Origin: Phoronis australis
Taxonomy: Eukaryota > Animalia > Phoronida
Length of the DNA: 64,000 nucleotides
Assembly: GCA_002633005.1 (NCBI GenBank)
Contig: NMRA01000645.1
Span: forward strand, 1-64,000
Direction: 5' to 3'
The notes beneath the pieces were generated by a model. The model was not told the DNA's origin. It saw nothing but the letters and a program-made list of their open reading frames with translations, and did no database searches. Positions 61,261-64,000 of the stretch are shown here, in pieces (positions within the stretch are counted from its first letter, which is position 1; each line of letters starts with the position of its first letter). The position numbers and the translations under genes were made by a program.

Positions 61261-64000
61261 GTATCATGCTGAGCATTATGTGTCCACTTGGTCTATAGGT
61301 TAATTAATTTTGGCTACCACAAACAGAAAAATTTCTTGCTAAGTCACACCTGTGGTGGTGATGCGAATTTCAAGAGAGACTTGATTGGTGGTAGTTGCTC
61401 AACTTTTCAACAGTCTTGTGAAGTTTGCGGATTTAGAATTTCTTGCATTTGTTTTGTGTTAAAATTGGTGCAGCCTTGTTTAATCTGATTACTTTCTTCT
61501 CCTTGAAGATATGGTCATGGTTCATGGTTATGTAACAGTCCTAATTTTTTTTCACAAGGTACACACTAAACGTATCTTCAAGATAGTGTTTAACTACATA
61601 GTATTTAGCTACATAGCGCTACAGTAATTCTTCACTTATTTAGCTCAAAGTATGACTGACCTGTGAAATTTCTTCACAGAAGCAAAAATTAAGAAAACTT
61701 CTGTCTATTACTTGCATAGTTTGTACTGTGTAAGTGTCATAAAAAACATTTTTAGTGAAGTTCCCAGTGTTTGTAGCAATGAAAAAAATACAATTTTGGC
61801 AATTATCTTTGTGCAAAATAGCTATAGAATTATCATAAGTGGCTTGGCAGCTCAACAAATTTCTTCATTCATCACCTAAATTGGTTAGAAACAGGTTATC
61901 AAAAGTCAAGTGGTGTATTTTTAATCGCATCAATTCTCAAAGAGCACGTACCAGAAACATGCATTTTTTGCCTAATAATGCACTCGAGAGAGATGTGGTG
62001 ACGACTCGTGCATCAAAGTAAAATATTCTAGCTTCAGTTAACAGTCTGAGTCTTTCATTGGTTTCTTTGAAATGCAGTGTGCATTCTTGTCACTCTCGTG
62101 GGTGATATCCAATATTTTAGCCAATGGCATTAGCAGTGGCGAATCATCTTGTTTTGTCGGAGTGTGCAAATGTTGTTCTTTCTTTCCTTCTTGTGGGTGA
62201 GAAGTGAGGGATGGTGCGATTATTTGTTTGCTTTGCCTGGTCCACATAGTCAGCTTCTAGTTAGATAAAACGAGAATTAAGCGCCTTCCGACCACATGAA
62301 AACAAGAAGTATCAATTTGCCTTGTTTCACATCTGCATTATTTTGTCGCAGTCAAGAAACCCTACACTTTGTGAAGCTGGGTGGCCCATGGTAATACTCA
62401 TATTACTGAAGCAGAAACCAATATATATTGGCACTGATATCCCTGGTGGTTCAGGCAAGGCTTCAAAAGTTCAAGTTTCGACTGGAAATTTCGAGTTTGA
62501 GCTCGCATTTGTAACGTGAATCTTGAGGTCGCAAAGTGCAAGCTACTGAGTATTAGAACTCTCATCAGCATAAAGCATAATATGCTTTAGGTCAAAATTA
62601 AAAGTACATTGTCTTGGATTTCATGTTAAACTAAACTGAAAGTATTTTTAAAAAGAAGTTTTAGTTCACATTTTGGAAATTTTTTAGCCCTTGCTATGGG
62701 ATATCCGACTTCAAATGCCCTGAACATGAAGTTAGACAAGTACAGTTTTATGTGTCAATAATAATCAGACAAAATAACCCAAAATTCCCCACAGTACCTA
62801 CATGCAAGTGGAATTCACCATCAGAGTGGGTAGAATGGCACCTCGTGATGGGGAGACAGCCATTTTGTTTGGTTATTTTTGATGCGTACTGTATAACAGT
62901 TGCGACCAATTAGTAATATCGTCTTTGACAGCTATTCAAAACTAAAATGTTTGGACATGCTTTAAACATTCCCACTAAATAAGATTGGTCCAAACCCCGC
63001 CTGTCAGGGTAAACTGTGGGGTTTGGAAAATTGAACTAGACCGTACTTATCCACCTTGGCTGAGTCGCGCTTGGCTCACGATCAAAAGGATGCCGCCAAG
63101 CTGCTCTATTCATCGAGTCACCAGCGAGGATAATTGGCTACGCTCAGGCGGATATGATCAGCTGATTACAATCTAGCCTAGCAAACTGTACTTTTTATGG
63201 AGAGAGTTTTACACGGTTTTTACTGTAATATTTGAAAAGAGGAGCGAAAACAAATGTGAGTACAACTTTGAATTTTTCAAATCGGCCTAGGGTAAGAGAT
63301 TTTGCAACACAGCAACACTCACGATTACTTTCATTCGGCGCGCATGAATACAAAAATATAGACCCAAGTTATTTAGATTTTGGAACACATCCATTGCAAT
63401 ATTCAAAATACGTTTATTATGAATCTTACAAGCTTTAAAACGATGTTTAATTTTATTGTGCTCATTCATTGTCATCCGTCAAATCGGAAATTTCCGAGAT
63501 GTGATCTGCGGCGTGCGCATATGTGTACAAAACACGTGATTGTTATGTTCCTGAAGTACGAAAATTAAGCAACTTTAGCATGCCGTTATTATTGACAGGG
63601 ACACGATAAAACGAATTTGGATTTTGACTATAGTCTTGATACAGCGAGCTGGCTGACCACTGCATCAATGTCTCCGTTAGACCCAGAAATTTCACACAGC
63701 CCGGGTAGTTCACCTCGTCCCCAACATGTAGATCGAGCCTTGGACTATTAATACTCCACGGTAGAGCTAACGACCGTCAGCCTGTGCACACAAAATCTGT
63801 GAGTTAACCAGCACTCACCTTGCACGTTGCAACCGTTTAAGTGAAAAACAATCCAGTAAACGCCATTTTCTTGCATAATCCTCCGCCTTTTGTAACACAC
63901 TCGCACGCTCACTCACTCTCATACACTGACGAACTTCAAAACAAACGTCACATGACAACAACATGTGTGTTCATCCAGAGATTTTTCTCGTGTTGTGGGG

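Overview
AT-rich, intron-rich invertebrate-type animal genomic DNA, not prokaryotic; one N at 9656. Most ORF-track entries are spurious, so the real coding content was reconstructed from GT-AG splice sites and phase matching. (1) A + strand VWDE-like gene spans 107 to ~17200, with 18 phase-compatible exons encoding ~900 aa: D8C/D10C domain, Ig-like region, VWD with GDPH, RLKR furin site, WPTxSG region, EGF and Cys-rich tail. Its first coding exon lies upstream of the window. (2) The 5' part of a + strand PPEF/rdgC Ser/Thr phosphatase gene has its ATG at 51024 (MGC acylation motif), an IQ exon and two more exons, and continues past the window. It is probably transcribed from ~24.7 kb through non-coding exons. 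Introns and intergenic DNA are full of non-autonomous or decayed mobile elements: several TTAA- or 4-bp-flanked RR..YY (Kolobok-type) elements, two of them inserted into the left TIRs of neighbouring MITEs; a hAT element with an unusual 5-bp TSD and a transposase remnant; two THAP-domain relics associated with AT-flanked TIR elements; a Penelope GIY-YIG relic; a self-nested Helentron/DINE-type element; tRNA-derived SINE heads; and a ~600-bp duplication around the N that is probably a haplotype assembly artefact. I found no convincing wholly new biological system. The best leads are the nested-TIR targeting pattern, the 5-bp-TSD hAT and the modified VWDE architecture.
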